NCBI GenBank assembly: GCA_964608745.1
Contig: CAZSPC010000004.1
Location: 1-50,485, forward strand
Direction of reading: 5' to 3'
Length of the DNA: 50,485 nt
Origin: an uncultured Candidatus Saccharibacteria bacterium
Lineage (GTDB): Bacteria; Patescibacteriota; Minisyncoccia; Phycocordibacterales; UBA12079
Shown here: positions 28,904 through 38,214 of the stretch, piece after piece
Layout: each line of letters starts with the position of its first letter
How positions within the stretch are numbered: the stretch's first letter is position 1
Notes under the pieces: generated by a model
Database searches by the model: none
What the model saw: only the letters and a program-made list of their open reading frames with translations
Told to the model about the DNA's origin: nothing
Translations under genes and position numbers: made by a program

Positions 28904-29261
28904 CCCGCCTCTCCTCTATTACCTGCATAAAATCTAGATTAAAACATCCTTCAAAAAAGTTTTGTATTGTTTTATTGATTTTCTTGGGAGCAATTCCGTC
29001 GTAATCAAATTTTCCATTAGCCCATTCAATAATTTCTTCGGCAACAGAAGAGTAGACACAATCCTCTTTGATTTGTTTATCCAAAAAGACTAGGGTATTA
29101 GAACTCAAAATATGATTTCGCGGGACACATGTTAGCCAAAACATAAAATGGTCATGATTTAGACTTTGTTTCTTCAAAAAATTCCAAAACAAAACCATTT
29201 TCATCTTTGTTCCCTCCGGAAAAATATCATCAATTATTTCAGGGTGAAGTAAATCATTCAT
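28887..29261 (-). CDS. hypothetical protein
   Basis: 124 aa ORF; GGAGG RBS; overlaps the start of the next gene. Confidence 0.65.
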   Translation of the reverse strand: MNDLLHPEIIDDIFPEGTKMKMVLFWNFLKKQSLNHDHFMFWLTCVPRNHILSSNTLVFLDKQIKEDCVYSSVAEEIIEWANGKFDYDGIAPKKINKTIQNFFEGCFNLDFMQVIEERRDESNS

Positions 29262-29340
29262 AAGAAACCTCCATTCTTTTATAAAATTTAGATACTAGCC
29301 CATACTTCTGTTGCCAGTTTACACAAATAAATCTGTACCG

Positions 29341-29856
29341 TCAACAGCTCTTCTTTCTCATTTTAACCAAAAGATTTATTTTTTGTATTTCATCAAAACC
29401 CTGATCTAAACTTATTTCCTGCTCGTAAAAACGAGTAAATTTATTTCGATATCGTTCCTCAAAAACCGGATTTTTTAAAATAGATTGTTTTTTAAAAAAC
29501 CATTCAACACCCTGATCCTCTGAAACAACAAAAATTAAACCGACAACCTGATCAGCACCCAATAATCTTAATCTGCTGATAATATTTATTCTACTTTCAA
29601 CGGACTCATTCCATGTATCCAAAATCAATACTAAATCTTCTTCGCCAGATAACACTTGTCCAACTTCTTCCCACATTTTGTTTGTTGCGATTTGCCTATC
29701 CGGACTACCTAAATCTAAATAGACAGTACCAAACATTTCCATAAAAATCTCATCTCGACTTATAAAATAAATTGTTGGGTTTTCCTTTATTATTTTTTTA
29801 CAAAAAGTCGTCTTCCCCGATCCCCGAGGGCCAATGGTTAAATAAACTTTTTTCAT
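29341..29856 (-). CDS. P-loop kinase (AAA_33 / polynucleotide kinase-like)
   Basis: GPRGSGKTT, ISRDEI, LILDTWN; start moved behind AAAGGGG. Confidence 0.8.
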   Translation of the reverse strand: MKKVYLTIGPRGSGKTTFCKKIIKENPTIYFISRDEIFMEMFGTVYLDLGSPDRQIATNKMWEEVGQVLSGEEDLVLILDTWNESVESRINIISRLRLLGADQVVGLIFVVSEDQGVEWFFKKQSILKNPVFEERYRNKFTRFYEQEISLDQGFDEIQKINLLVKMRKKSC

Positions 29857-30107
29857 CTTTACCCCTTTCTTAAAAAACAAAATTAACCTTTGAAGTTTTC
29901 GAAAAATTGAGAAGCAAGGCTTCTCAATAAACAATCAAAAGTTTCCAGCTATGACTATTTGTAGTTGAATTTTACCTTTTAATTCTGAAAGAGATAGTAC
30001 ATTAAAAAACAAATTTTGTAAAGAAATTTCAACGGACCGGTAAGCTGTTGGGGTTTTTTAAATAAAAAACAGGATGAGCTTAAGCAACTCACCCTGTTGG
30101 TTGAAAA

Positions 30108-31427
30108 TTAAAAAATACTTTTGAATCTCCATTCGAATACACACTTAATAAGTGTTTCCTCGGGTTCAAGAGGATCTCCGACGGGCAACTTTTTGTTTCC
30201 AGTAGTATGACTACCAGTTACTTTAAACGATAAATCTTTCTCTTCGTCTAAAAAATAAACAAAACTTGCTTCTACATAGGTAGAATCTTTTTGGGTATTT
30301 AGCAAGGTTTTTACCTCGACTTCGGTTCGCCCACTGGCAGATATCCCTTTGATTCCGCCAGTAAGTGTCGGCCCGTCCATAATTCTTCGAGGATCTAGGT
30401 GTGGCATACCCACATCTTCATCTTGGCCAATATTATATATATCAGCGACACTAATTTGAAAAAGTAGCCTACCACCAAAAACATCTGGGATAGTTTTTTC
30501 TACCTCGATAACACCCAAAGCAAAATCCTGATAATTGTCGAGAAGATATCCGACTATTCCTGCTCGAACAACCCATCCAAAAACGGCAGTTTCGGTTAAT
30601 AACCCCAAACTAAATTGACTATCAAAAGAAAGATTAATCTCTCCTTTTTGAGTATCAATTTTGGAATCGATAACCGAGTTTCCATGCCCCTCCTGAACAA
30701 AAATTGAATAATCAATATTTTGATCAGCAAGAATAAACTGATCAGAAAAAATTGCTCCAACTGAATAAAAACTTTCTTGATCCAAATCACCATACGAAAA
30801 GCCTGCAACAGGCTCTACATAATGAGGACTATCTGGATCAATTGCTAAATACGGCAAATTGGGAACAAGTGCGATCAGCTCCAGTCTATCATCAAGCAAA
30901 GTAATCGAGATCCCCCATTGTCCGACCGGATCTTTATTGATGCTTTGAAAAGCACCTTCTGAAAAATCCAAAGAAACAAATGGGTTGAATTTGAACGAAT
31001 CAAAGTTAAGCAACCCAGCGGATTCAAAAGAATACTTGCCAATAACAACAGTACCTTCACCAACTATTCGACCTCCATCGAACACGACCTCGAAATTAAA
31101 TTCAGGTACACTGACCGTTGGCTCTTTTCCGTTATTACCAATGATAACATCGGTACCAGATTCACCAAATCCATCGCTTTGTGCCTTAAACGACGCACGA
31201 AAGACGACTGGCGAACTGTCATCATTTTTATCAGTTGGAAACCATTCCAATCTAGTACCACCATGGAACTCGCAGTAATTTATTTGCTGGTCTAAATCAA
31301 AGTTATAATATGAGCCAACAAACTTCATCGTTCCGAAAGTTTCCCAGTTATAAGCCATACCACTTGCTGGCAAAAAAACTAAACAAGTTATAACCAGGAC
31401 TGCAATCCCTTTTTGCAACAGTCTCAT
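30108..31427 (-). CDS. secreted protein predicted to be a beta-barrel / outer-membrane-type protein
   Basis: Signal peptide; alternating beta-strand pattern; aromatic C-terminus FEWRFKSIF; GGAGGTGA RBS. Confidence 0.6.
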   Translation of the reverse strand: MRLLQKGIAVLVITCLVFLPASGMAYNWETFGTMKFVGSYYNFDLDQQINYCEFHGGTRLEWFPTDKNDDSSPVVFRASFKAQSDGFGESGTDVIIGNNGKEPTVSVPEFNFEVVFDGGRIVGEGTVVIGKYSFESAGLLNFDSFKFNPFVSLDFSEGAFQSINKDPVGQWGISITLLDDRLELIALVPNLPYLAIDPDSPHYVEPVAGFSYGDLDQESFYSVGAIFSDQFILADQNIDYSIFVQEGHGNSVIDSKIDTQKGEINLSFDSQFSLGLLTETAVFGWVVRAGIVGYLLDNYQDFALGVIEVEKTIPDVFGGRLLFQISVADIYNIGQDEDVGMPHLDPRRIMDGPTLTGGIKGISASGRTEVEVKTLLNTQKDSTYVEASFVYFLDEEKDLSFKVTGSHTTGNKKLPVGDPLEPEETLIKCVFEWRFKSIF

Positions 31428-31432
31428 ACCCC

Positions 31433-32203
31433 TCACCTCCTTTTTTTACAAGATAAGTCTCTTCGTGTATAACCTTTGGGCCATTTTTTCCAAACCCCTG
31501 TGTTATCACGAGTAACCATTGACACATCACCATTTTTCTGGTTGGTAATTTTCATTTCAGTCGGAAACCACCGATTCTCGTCAGCAAAAATTTTAACATT
31601 CTCCACAATCCACTTTTCCCTATCTCGTTTATCAAGTACGATGACTTTCAAAACAAAATGAGTGGATTTTTGAATCGTAATTATCCGAGTAGGCAAATCT
31701 TCTGCTTTTGCCTTGATAATCCAACTATCTGAATTCTCCCCCAAAAGAGAATAATCAAAAGAGTTAGAAAAAATTTCAGCACCTGTTTGCAACACAGTCA
31801 AAAACCATGGTGCATTAATATCAGGATCGATTTTCGAGAAATTTTGCAACGACAAATCAATTCTTCTTGCCTTTCCACTTTTCGAATGTTTTCGGCAAAA
31901 ATACCTCGGTGATTTTTGAAAATCACCAGGATTGATTGTCATCACAATTCCTTTGCCTTTAACTTTTTTTGGTTCAAAAAGATAAGACCAGACTCCATCT
32001 TTTCCATCAGGTGAAAAATAAATTGAATGTGCAAAATACCGCACACCTTTTTTATCTTCCACTCTCCAAACAACCTGCTCACGAGATCCGTTATCTCGGT
32101 ATCCCAACCAAGCTTGTTTGATAATATCTTCTGGCGATTTTGCAAATACCTCGAAGGGCAAAGCAAAAACAACAAACAAAAGTACAATCAAAATCTTTTT
32201 CAT
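31433..32203 (-). CDS. LolA-like 'outer membrane lipoprotein-sorting' protein
   Basis: Signal peptide; FEPKKVKGKG and KARRI motifs; W-P-x-MKIT C-terminal strands; gene context. Confidence 0.65.
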   Translation of the reverse strand: MKKILIVLLFVVFALPFEVFAKSPEDIIKQAWLGYRDNGSREQVVWRVEDKKGVRYFAHSIYFSPDGKDGVWSYLFEPKKVKGKGIVMTINPGDFQKSPRYFCRKHSKSGKARRIDLSLQNFSKIDPDINAPWFLTVLQTGAEIFSNSFDYSLLGENSDSWIIKAKAEDLPTRIITIQKSTHFVLKVIVLDKRDREKWIVENVKIFADENRWFPTEMKITNQKNGDVSMVTRDNTGVWKKWPKGYTRRDLSCKKRR

Positions 32204-32252
32204 ATTCTTCTCCTTTATGAAAAGTGGGGTACCAGGTACCCCACCATTTGGG

Positions 32253-34700
32253 TTAAGATTTTTTAGCAAATGGTAACATTAACATTGTTCCTGCATAACA
32301 TCCCCCCAACGCAACAATAAGCATAAGCCCGAGATCGCGAATCGGTGGAAATACAGTTAAGAAAGGAATGGTTAGTGGAATATAAGTTAAAGCATTTACC
32401 AATACATCAGTTCCTGCTCTGGAAACTTCATCCGCCATTGCATCTGTTTGCACCAATTTTTCAAAAGACAACCCAGTATCTGATGCTTCGTTTCTCAATC
32501 TCACCAACAAAAATGTCGGTAAATCAGCCGCCGCACTAACTGTAATATTACCAATAGCAGCAGTGGCTACATCAAGAGGAATTTTCAACATCATCATTAT
32601 CAAAAGAGTAAGAGAAGTTGAAAATGCAAAGGGAATTGCAGTCAACAATCCAGCATGAAAGAACCCAAGATTATAAGCTGACTGTCTAACTTTCACCAAA
32701 CCAAACAATATCATACTCACAAGTGCAATCAACACCGGTGAACCTAAATAATTCTGCAAACTTCCTTTTGTAACAGCTTCGTCACTTTCGGGATATTGCG
32801 CAAAACGATTCGCTGCCTCAGCGTTGATCTCTTTTCCCACTCTCTCAAGGTTATCTCGAAACTCCCTCATATCAGAAGTTCGAGAAGCTACATTAGTAGC
32901 CGGAATCAAAATAGAGCCATCAGAAAGTGCAAAAATATGATTAGTAACTGGATTCTCAGCAATCATCTGCCATTTGTCATCCAGAAACTCCTCTGTTGTC
33001 ATACCATCCAATTCTGCCATTTGTTCAATATTTTTTGTAGTTAAGCAATCCTTATACACACGACATATGCTAGGAAAATCAACCGACAAAATATCAAACA
33101 AAAAATCAGTCGGTGTCATCAAGGCACGTGCCTGTTTTTTATCACGCACCGCAAAGGCATATCGAGCTTGTTTTTCAACAAAATCAGGGTCGTTTAAATC
33201 TCCTTGAGAAAAGATTTTAACAATACCACTACCCAAATCATCTGACCCTTCAAGCTCTGTCATTATTTGCCCTTCTTTTACCGACTTGATGAAATCGCCC
33301 GGAATACTGTCTTGAATAAGCATTTTCTGTTGGTAACAAAAAAAGCTTGTAGCAATCAAAAGTATTATAGTTCCACCACTTACCGCCCTAGCGTATTTCC
33401 AGGACACAAACGACAAAACGAATCGTGACCAACGGCTATCTTCCAGTTTTTTTGGTTGTTTACCAATTCCACCTAAAATCTCGTGAAATGCCGGCAAAGC
33501 AAATCGAACCGTCGGATATGTTAACAAAAGAATCGACAGTGTTGCTAGAATACCAACATTTATAATGGATCGTGAGCCATCAATGTGTGGCAGACACATA
33601 AACACAATGAAATCTACCGCCGCTACCAAAACAACAAATCGCTTTGAAATCTTTAATGGCTTACCTGCCAAAACTTTTTGCCATATTCTTTTTCTATCGC
33701 CATCCGGATTCTCATGCCACACGGCATTAAAATCTTTGAAAAGCCTCAAAGAAAAAGAATAATTAAGCATCATAACAGGAATATAAGCCAAAATAGTATA
33801 AGTCTCTTCGTGAAATGACCATGGGGTAACAAAATCAACAATGCTGATTATTAATCCACGCATCACCCACAAGACAAGCACATTGCACAGAAAACAAAGT
33901 GCAACCTGTTTAACTGATCGCAAAGCAAACCAAACCGGTGTTGCTGGCAACAGTGACCCAGCAACAAGAACACTAAAAATAAAAGAAAAACTCACTTTAT
34001 TAATCAGCATTCTCCAGTCAGTCCAACCAAATGTCGCAACACTCACACCTTCGGGAAAATCTAGATCAGCTTCTGGCAACAATCCGACCCATTTCATCAT
34101 GTCACCAAAATACATATGTATTCTTTTCATTTCCCAACCAAATTTTATTTTTTGAGCAATAAAAAATAACCTAAGACCACTGACATCCTGGTCAGTTGGC
34201 ATTGTGTACAACTTGAAACTGAATGCCCCCTCAGTCTTTCTGGAAAAAAACATTTTTCCATATGGTTTTTGCTCGACATGAGCAAGCCACTTTTGGGTAT
34301 CAAAACCATCGGATTCAATCCGTGATTTTGATAAAAATTTTCCCACTGGCTCCAAGGCATATTCATCAATCGACATTAGGCCACCGACATTAATTTCTAC
34401 GCCAGCATCCCAATAAACATTTTTTAATCTTTCAGAAAATTTAAGTAAAAATCTTAAAAATTCTAGTGTAACTTTTTCAGTTTTTATTCGAAAACCAGTA
34501 TCATTAGACAAAATAACATCTGCCTTTAGTGCTTTTTTAAGCGCCCCAATGTACTTATTTTCCGAATCCATTATTGGATCAACCAAAATATCTCTTGTTT
34601 GAACCGAAAGGCCAAAATTTCCAATACTCAGATTAACAACAGTCGCCCAAAGGACGATCAATAATGTTCCAAAAACAACATAATTTCGTTTCATTTCCAC
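32253..34700 (-). CDS. MMPL/RND superfamily membrane transporter
   Basis: Two repeats of 1 TM + soluble domain + about 5 TM; IPLDVATAAIGNITVSAAAD and FPPIRDLG motifs. Confidence 0.78.
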   Translation of the reverse strand: MEMKRNYVVFGTLLIVLWATVVNLSIGNFGLSVQTRDILVDPIMDSENKYIGALKKALKADVILSNDTGFRIKTEKVTLEFLRFLLKFSERLKNVYWDAGVEINVGGLMSIDEYALEPVGKFLSKSRIESDGFDTQKWLAHVEQKPYGKMFFSRKTEGAFSFKLYTMPTDQDVSGLRLFFIAQKIKFGWEMKRIHMYFGDMMKWVGLLPEADLDFPEGVSVATFGWTDWRMLINKVSFSFIFSVLVAGSLLPATPVWFALRSVKQVALCFLCNVLVLWVMRGLIISIVDFVTPWSFHEETYTILAYIPVMMLNYSFSLRLFKDFNAVWHENPDGDRKRIWQKVLAGKPLKISKRFVVLVAAVDFIVFMCLPHIDGSRSIINVGILATLSILLLTYPTVRFALPAFHEILGGIGKQPKKLEDSRWSRFVLSFVSWKYARAVSGGTIILLIATSFFCYQQKMLIQDSIPGDFIKSVKEGQIMTELEGSDDLGSGIVKIFSQGDLNDPDFVEKQARYAFAVRDKKQARALMTPTDFLFDILSVDFPSICRVYKDCLTTKNIEQMAELDGMTTEEFLDDKWQMIAENPVTNHIFALSDGSILIPATNVASRTSDMREFRDNLERVGKEINAEAANRFAQYPESDEAVTKGSLQNYLGSPVLIALVSMILFGLVKVRQSAYNLGFFHAGLLTAIPFAFSTSLTLLIMMMLKIPLDVATAAIGNITVSAAADLPTFLLVRLRNEASDTGLSFEKLVQTDAMADEVSRAGTDVLVNALTYIPLTIPFLTVFPPIRDLGLMLIVALGGCYAGTMLMLPFAKKS

Positions 34701-34807
34701 CCTCCTTTGCTATTATATTTTTAAATTTTCAATTAACTAATTTCTGACGCAACTTTATCACATTTTTATCCTTGTGTAAATAGTTGGATATAAAAATTAC
34801 AAGCAAA

Positions 34808-34845
34808 AAACCGGTTATTTAGGTACAAACCTAAATAACCGGTTT
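34808..34845. terminator. terminator-like hairpin
   Basis: AAACCGGTTATTTAGGT-ACAA-ACCTAAATAACCGGTTT. Confidence 0.65.
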
Positions 34846-34868
34846 ACATTTTTGGCTTCAAATGAATA

Positions 34869-35009
34869 TCACCACCGAAGCCGAGAAACTTTGTGAACGA
34901 AAATTATATTTCGTTCACAAAAAGCGAAAAAACATTGTCTCAAAAGCCAGCAAAGAAAAAGAATACTTGCTCCAAATCTACTTTCTCTGAATCTCATGAT
35001 CCTTCCCAT
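34869..35009 (-). CDS. possible 46 aa peptide
   Basis: GGAGGAG RBS; TTGACT and TAGACT boxes upstream; terminator downstream; not in ORF track. Confidence 0.35.
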   Translation of the reverse strand: MGRIMRFRESRFGASILFLCWLLRQCFFAFCERNIIFVHKVSRLRW

Positions 35010-35186
35010 TTTTCACTCCTCCACTTTCTTTCAATTCAATAAAAAATTTTTACATATTTACTACTAACTAAGTGGTAGTCTACCATATAAATAAACCTAG
35101 AGTCAATAAATTCTTGTAGTTAAAATATTTTTTATAAACATCCAAACTGCATAAACCTATCAAAATAATGTATAATACTATCTACT

Positions 35187-36365
35187 ATGAAAACAAAAAC
35201 ATATATAATGACTGGTGGTACTGGTTTTTTAGGAACTCTAATGTCAGCCAAATTAATAAAAGAAGGTCACAAAATTATTTATCTAGGTAGAACAAAAGAA
35301 GGTATGAGTATTCAAGATCGTATTAAGGATTCTCTTTGGAATTTTGATAAATCACTAAATCTTGATTTTATTAAAATTTTAGAAGCAAATTTTTCAGATA
35401 AAAATTTGGGGTTATCAATCGAACAAATCAAAGATTTAAAAGATTTAAATATAGATGGAATTTGGCATCTCGCCGCCAACCTTAGTTTTAAAAAAAGAAA
35501 CAAGTATGATGTTTTTTCAACTAACACGTATAGTTTAGAAAATGTTTTGGATTTTGCCAGAACAATCAACTCTCCTCTATTGTTTACTAGCACTGCCTAC
35601 ATTCATGGACAAAATACAGAAAATCTAATAGAAGACAATACTCCAAAACCAAAAAAATTTAACAACCCATACGAGGAAAGTAAGTTTGAAGCAGAGCAAA
35701 TTATTTTGCAATGGGCAAAAAGAAATAAAGATAACAAGTTCATAATATTTAGACCAGCACTTTTAATTGAAAGGGAAAAAAGTATTTTTAGTTTGTCGGG
35801 ATATTATGTAGTAGTTGCTTCCATATATAGATTGAAAAAAAACTTAGCAGTTATAAAGGCGAGGTATCCAATTGCATCCAAATTTTTTGGTATCAAAAAA
35901 AATAACGGGATACTATATGTTCGTTTTCCTTTTATCTATTCAAAAACCGGACATTTAAACCTAATTCCTGTTGATACAGCAATGGATTGGATGTTTGAAA
36001 TCATTAACAAACCAAATTCACTAAACAAAACATACCATATAGTAAATCCATATCCAATAAAAATGAAAGAAGTAACCGAAGAGACATTTAGAGCAATTGG
36101 TATAAAAATGCCGCATTTTGAAGTAAGTCCTTTTGTTTTTGATTTATACGCAAAAGTAATTTATTTTGTAAGTTATTTTGTAAAGGGATTTCGTGGCTTT
36201 GCTAAAAAGTTAAGTTATTATAAATTTTATATGAAAGAAAATAGAATCTATGATTTATCAAATTCAAAAAGAATTGGAATAGAAATACATAAAGAAGATT
36301 TTTGCTTAAAAATGAATTATTGTATAGAAAAAGTTGCGAGAACATTTATAAAACATCTTGATTAA
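35187..36365 (+). CDS. extended SDR, fatty acyl-CoA / thioester reductase-like (NAD_binding_4)
   Basis: TGGTGFLG, WHLAANLSF, STAY, YEESK, FRP, LNLIPVD. Confidence 0.85.
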   Translation: MKTKTYIMTGGTGFLGTLMSAKLIKEGHKIIYLGRTKEGMSIQDRIKDSLWNFDKSLNLDFIKILEANFSDKNLGLSIEQIKDLKDLNIDGIWHLAANLSFKKRNKYDVFSTNTYSLENVLDFARTINSPLLFTSTAYIHGQNTENLIEDNTPKPKKFNNPYEESKFEAEQIILQWAKRNKDNKFIIFRPALLIEREKSIFSLSGYYVVVASIYRLKKNLAVIKARYPIASKFFGIKKNNGILYVRFPFIYSKTGHLNLIPVDTAMDWMFEIINKPNSLNKTYHIVNPYPIKMKEVTEETFRAIGIKMPHFEVSPFVFDLYAKVIYFVSYFVKGFRGFAKKLSYYKFYMKENRIYDLSNSKRIGIEIHKEDFCLKMNYCIEKVARTFIKHLD

Positions 36366-36427
36366 TTTATAAATTACAAACAAAATCTTATATAAATTTA
36401 ATAAAAATATGCTATACTTTTTATAAT

Positions 36428-37159
36428 ATGGAAGCTTTATGGGACAAAGAAAATAAGGACCTGGAGTATATGAAAATGCCAAAAAAGTATTGGGTTTGGC
36501 CAACGATTACTCAATTTATTATATGGCCCATCTTTTGGTTACTTTTTAAGGTGTTTTTTAAAATTGAAGTAAACAACAGACAGAACCTACGACAGTTTGA
36601 AAAAAAGCCTCAAAATCTGATTATGGCCCTTAACCACAACAGTAATTTGGACTCTCTATTTTTTTCTCACATTTTATCCAATTTTTCAAAATTAAAACCT
36701 ATATTTTGGGTTAGCTCTACACGAAAGATGTACGAGACCGACCAAAGCGATTCGTTTGTAAAATTCTTTAGTCGTGTTGGAAAATATTTTGGTAGCTACC
36801 CTGCTTATAGAGACAAAAATCATTCAAATTTTGACAAAAAACTCCAACATCATATTAAAATATTAAGTGATAAAAAAGTTGTTTGTATGTTCCCAGAAGG
36901 AAGAAAAAGTGGTGACGGACAAATTCAAGAAGGAAAAATTGGTGTGTCTGTTTTGTCTCAAAGAACAGACACCCCAATCCTCCCGATAAGAATGCACGGA
37001 ACATCCAACTTGAAACTTTTTTCTGGAAAAAGAGACAAGGTGGTAATAAATATTGGAAAACCAATGTACCCCCAAGATTTTTTTTCAACCGAAAACCCAA
37101 GTCACGAGTATTATAAAAAAGTGACAGAAGTATTGATGGATAGGATTAAGAATTTGTAA
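36428..37159 (+). CDS. 1-acyl-sn-glycerol-3-phosphate acyltransferase (PlsC family)
   Basis: NHNSNLD (NHxxxxD), FPEGRKS, PILP. Confidence 0.9.
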   Translation: MEALWDKENKDLEYMKMPKKYWVWPTITQFIIWPIFWLLFKVFFKIEVNNRQNLRQFEKKPQNLIMALNHNSNLDSLFFSHILSNFSKLKPIFWVSSTRKMYETDQSDSFVKFFSRVGKYFGSYPAYRDKNHSNFDKKLQHHIKILSDKKVVCMFPEGRKSGDGQIQEGKIGVSVLSQRTDTPILPIRMHGTSNLKLFSGKRDKVVINIGKPMYPQDFFSTENPSHEYYKKVTEVLMDRIKNL

Positions 37160-37185
37160 ATCTATAAAAGGTTGATTACGATTTT

Positions 37186-37956
37186 TTAATTCTGCTCACC
37201 AACACCCTTTGGTTTAATTTTAGGCAACTTTTCAGAAACTGTCCCTTTTTCTCTGAGAAGTTTTTCTACTTTTTCTAGTTCGGTACGAGAAATAAAATTA
37301 TTATGTTGACGAGTAAATACATACCCTTCCCTTTCCAGATGTCTTATAGGGCACCAGGCGGACTCAATTTGTTCTAAATTGAAGGATAGAATTTTTGCAT
37401 TCAGTTTGTAAAACCTTACAACTTTTTTTATAAAAACTGGATACTGGTTAGCATAACTATCATCAACTATTTCTTTTTTTATTCTTCTCACTGATGCCCG
37501 ATGAAAACCAAGTGCGCTCACAACAAATTTTGTCGGAATAGATGTAATAACTATTCCTAGCCCAAAAAATAATGTTAAAGGGATAACTGCAACATAAATT
37601 AAAATAATTTTTATGGACGAATGTTTTTTGTTGTCGTTCGCAATACAATCAATTTCGTCATGAAATAATTTTGTAACACCATTGGCGTAATCACAAAAAA
37701 GACAATTAAACCGATCAAGCCAGCCCAACCCCGGCATATTAAACCTGTCTAAAATAATATATCTTTTAGGGTCTATAACAGAGAGATTAAGTAGTGGTCT
37801 TAGAAATAACTTATAACAAAAGATTGTTATCGTTATATGTATCATCAAAAAAAGTGGAAATGTCACGTACATCGAAAAACTACCAATAAGCACCCGGGAC
37901 AAGCCCAGCCTTTTAAGATGAGTTTTAAATATTGATATTGTTATGTTTTCTTCCAT
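37186..37956 (-). CDS. membrane protein with Cys/His motifs, function unknown
   Basis: Two TM regions; FNCLFCDYANG and EQIESAWCPIRH. Confidence 0.75.
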   Translation of the reverse strand: MEENITISIFKTHLKRLGLSRVLIGSFSMYVTFPLFLMIHITITIFCYKLFLRPLLNLSVIDPKRYIILDRFNMPGLGWLDRFNCLFCDYANGVTKLFHDEIDCIANDNKKHSSIKIILIYVAVIPLTLFFGLGIVITSIPTKFVVSALGFHRASVRRIKKEIVDDSYANQYPVFIKKVVRFYKLNAKILSFNLEQIESAWCPIRHLEREGYVFTRQHNNFISRTELEKVEKLLREKGTVSEKLPKIKPKGVGEQN

Positions 37957-38147
37957 AATTTCTAGTGAGGATGGGTAAGAATAAGCAAAATACTTTCTAT
38001 TTTATTTATTCTTACATCATCCGAACGAAGGAATTATATGCTTGTTTCATATAATTTCTAGTGAGGGTAAATAAAAATAAGTGAAAAAGTATTTTCATTT
38101 ATTTTTATTTAACCCGAACGAAGGAATTATATGCTTTGCATATAATT
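37955..38147. repeat. two-unit tandem structured repeat
   Basis: ATAATTTCTAGTGAGG at 37955 and 38051; CCGAACGAAGGAATTATATGCTT at 38021 and 38114; different hairpins between. Confidence 0.88.
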
Positions 38148-38214
38148 AAATTATATATCTAATATATGGAAAAATAAAATAGAATTTATAAAACTTTACT
38201 GATATAATTTAACT

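Noticed and set aside
37955..38147. CRISPR array
   Set aside because: Only two units, the spacers are self-complementary and related to each other, and there are no cas genes.
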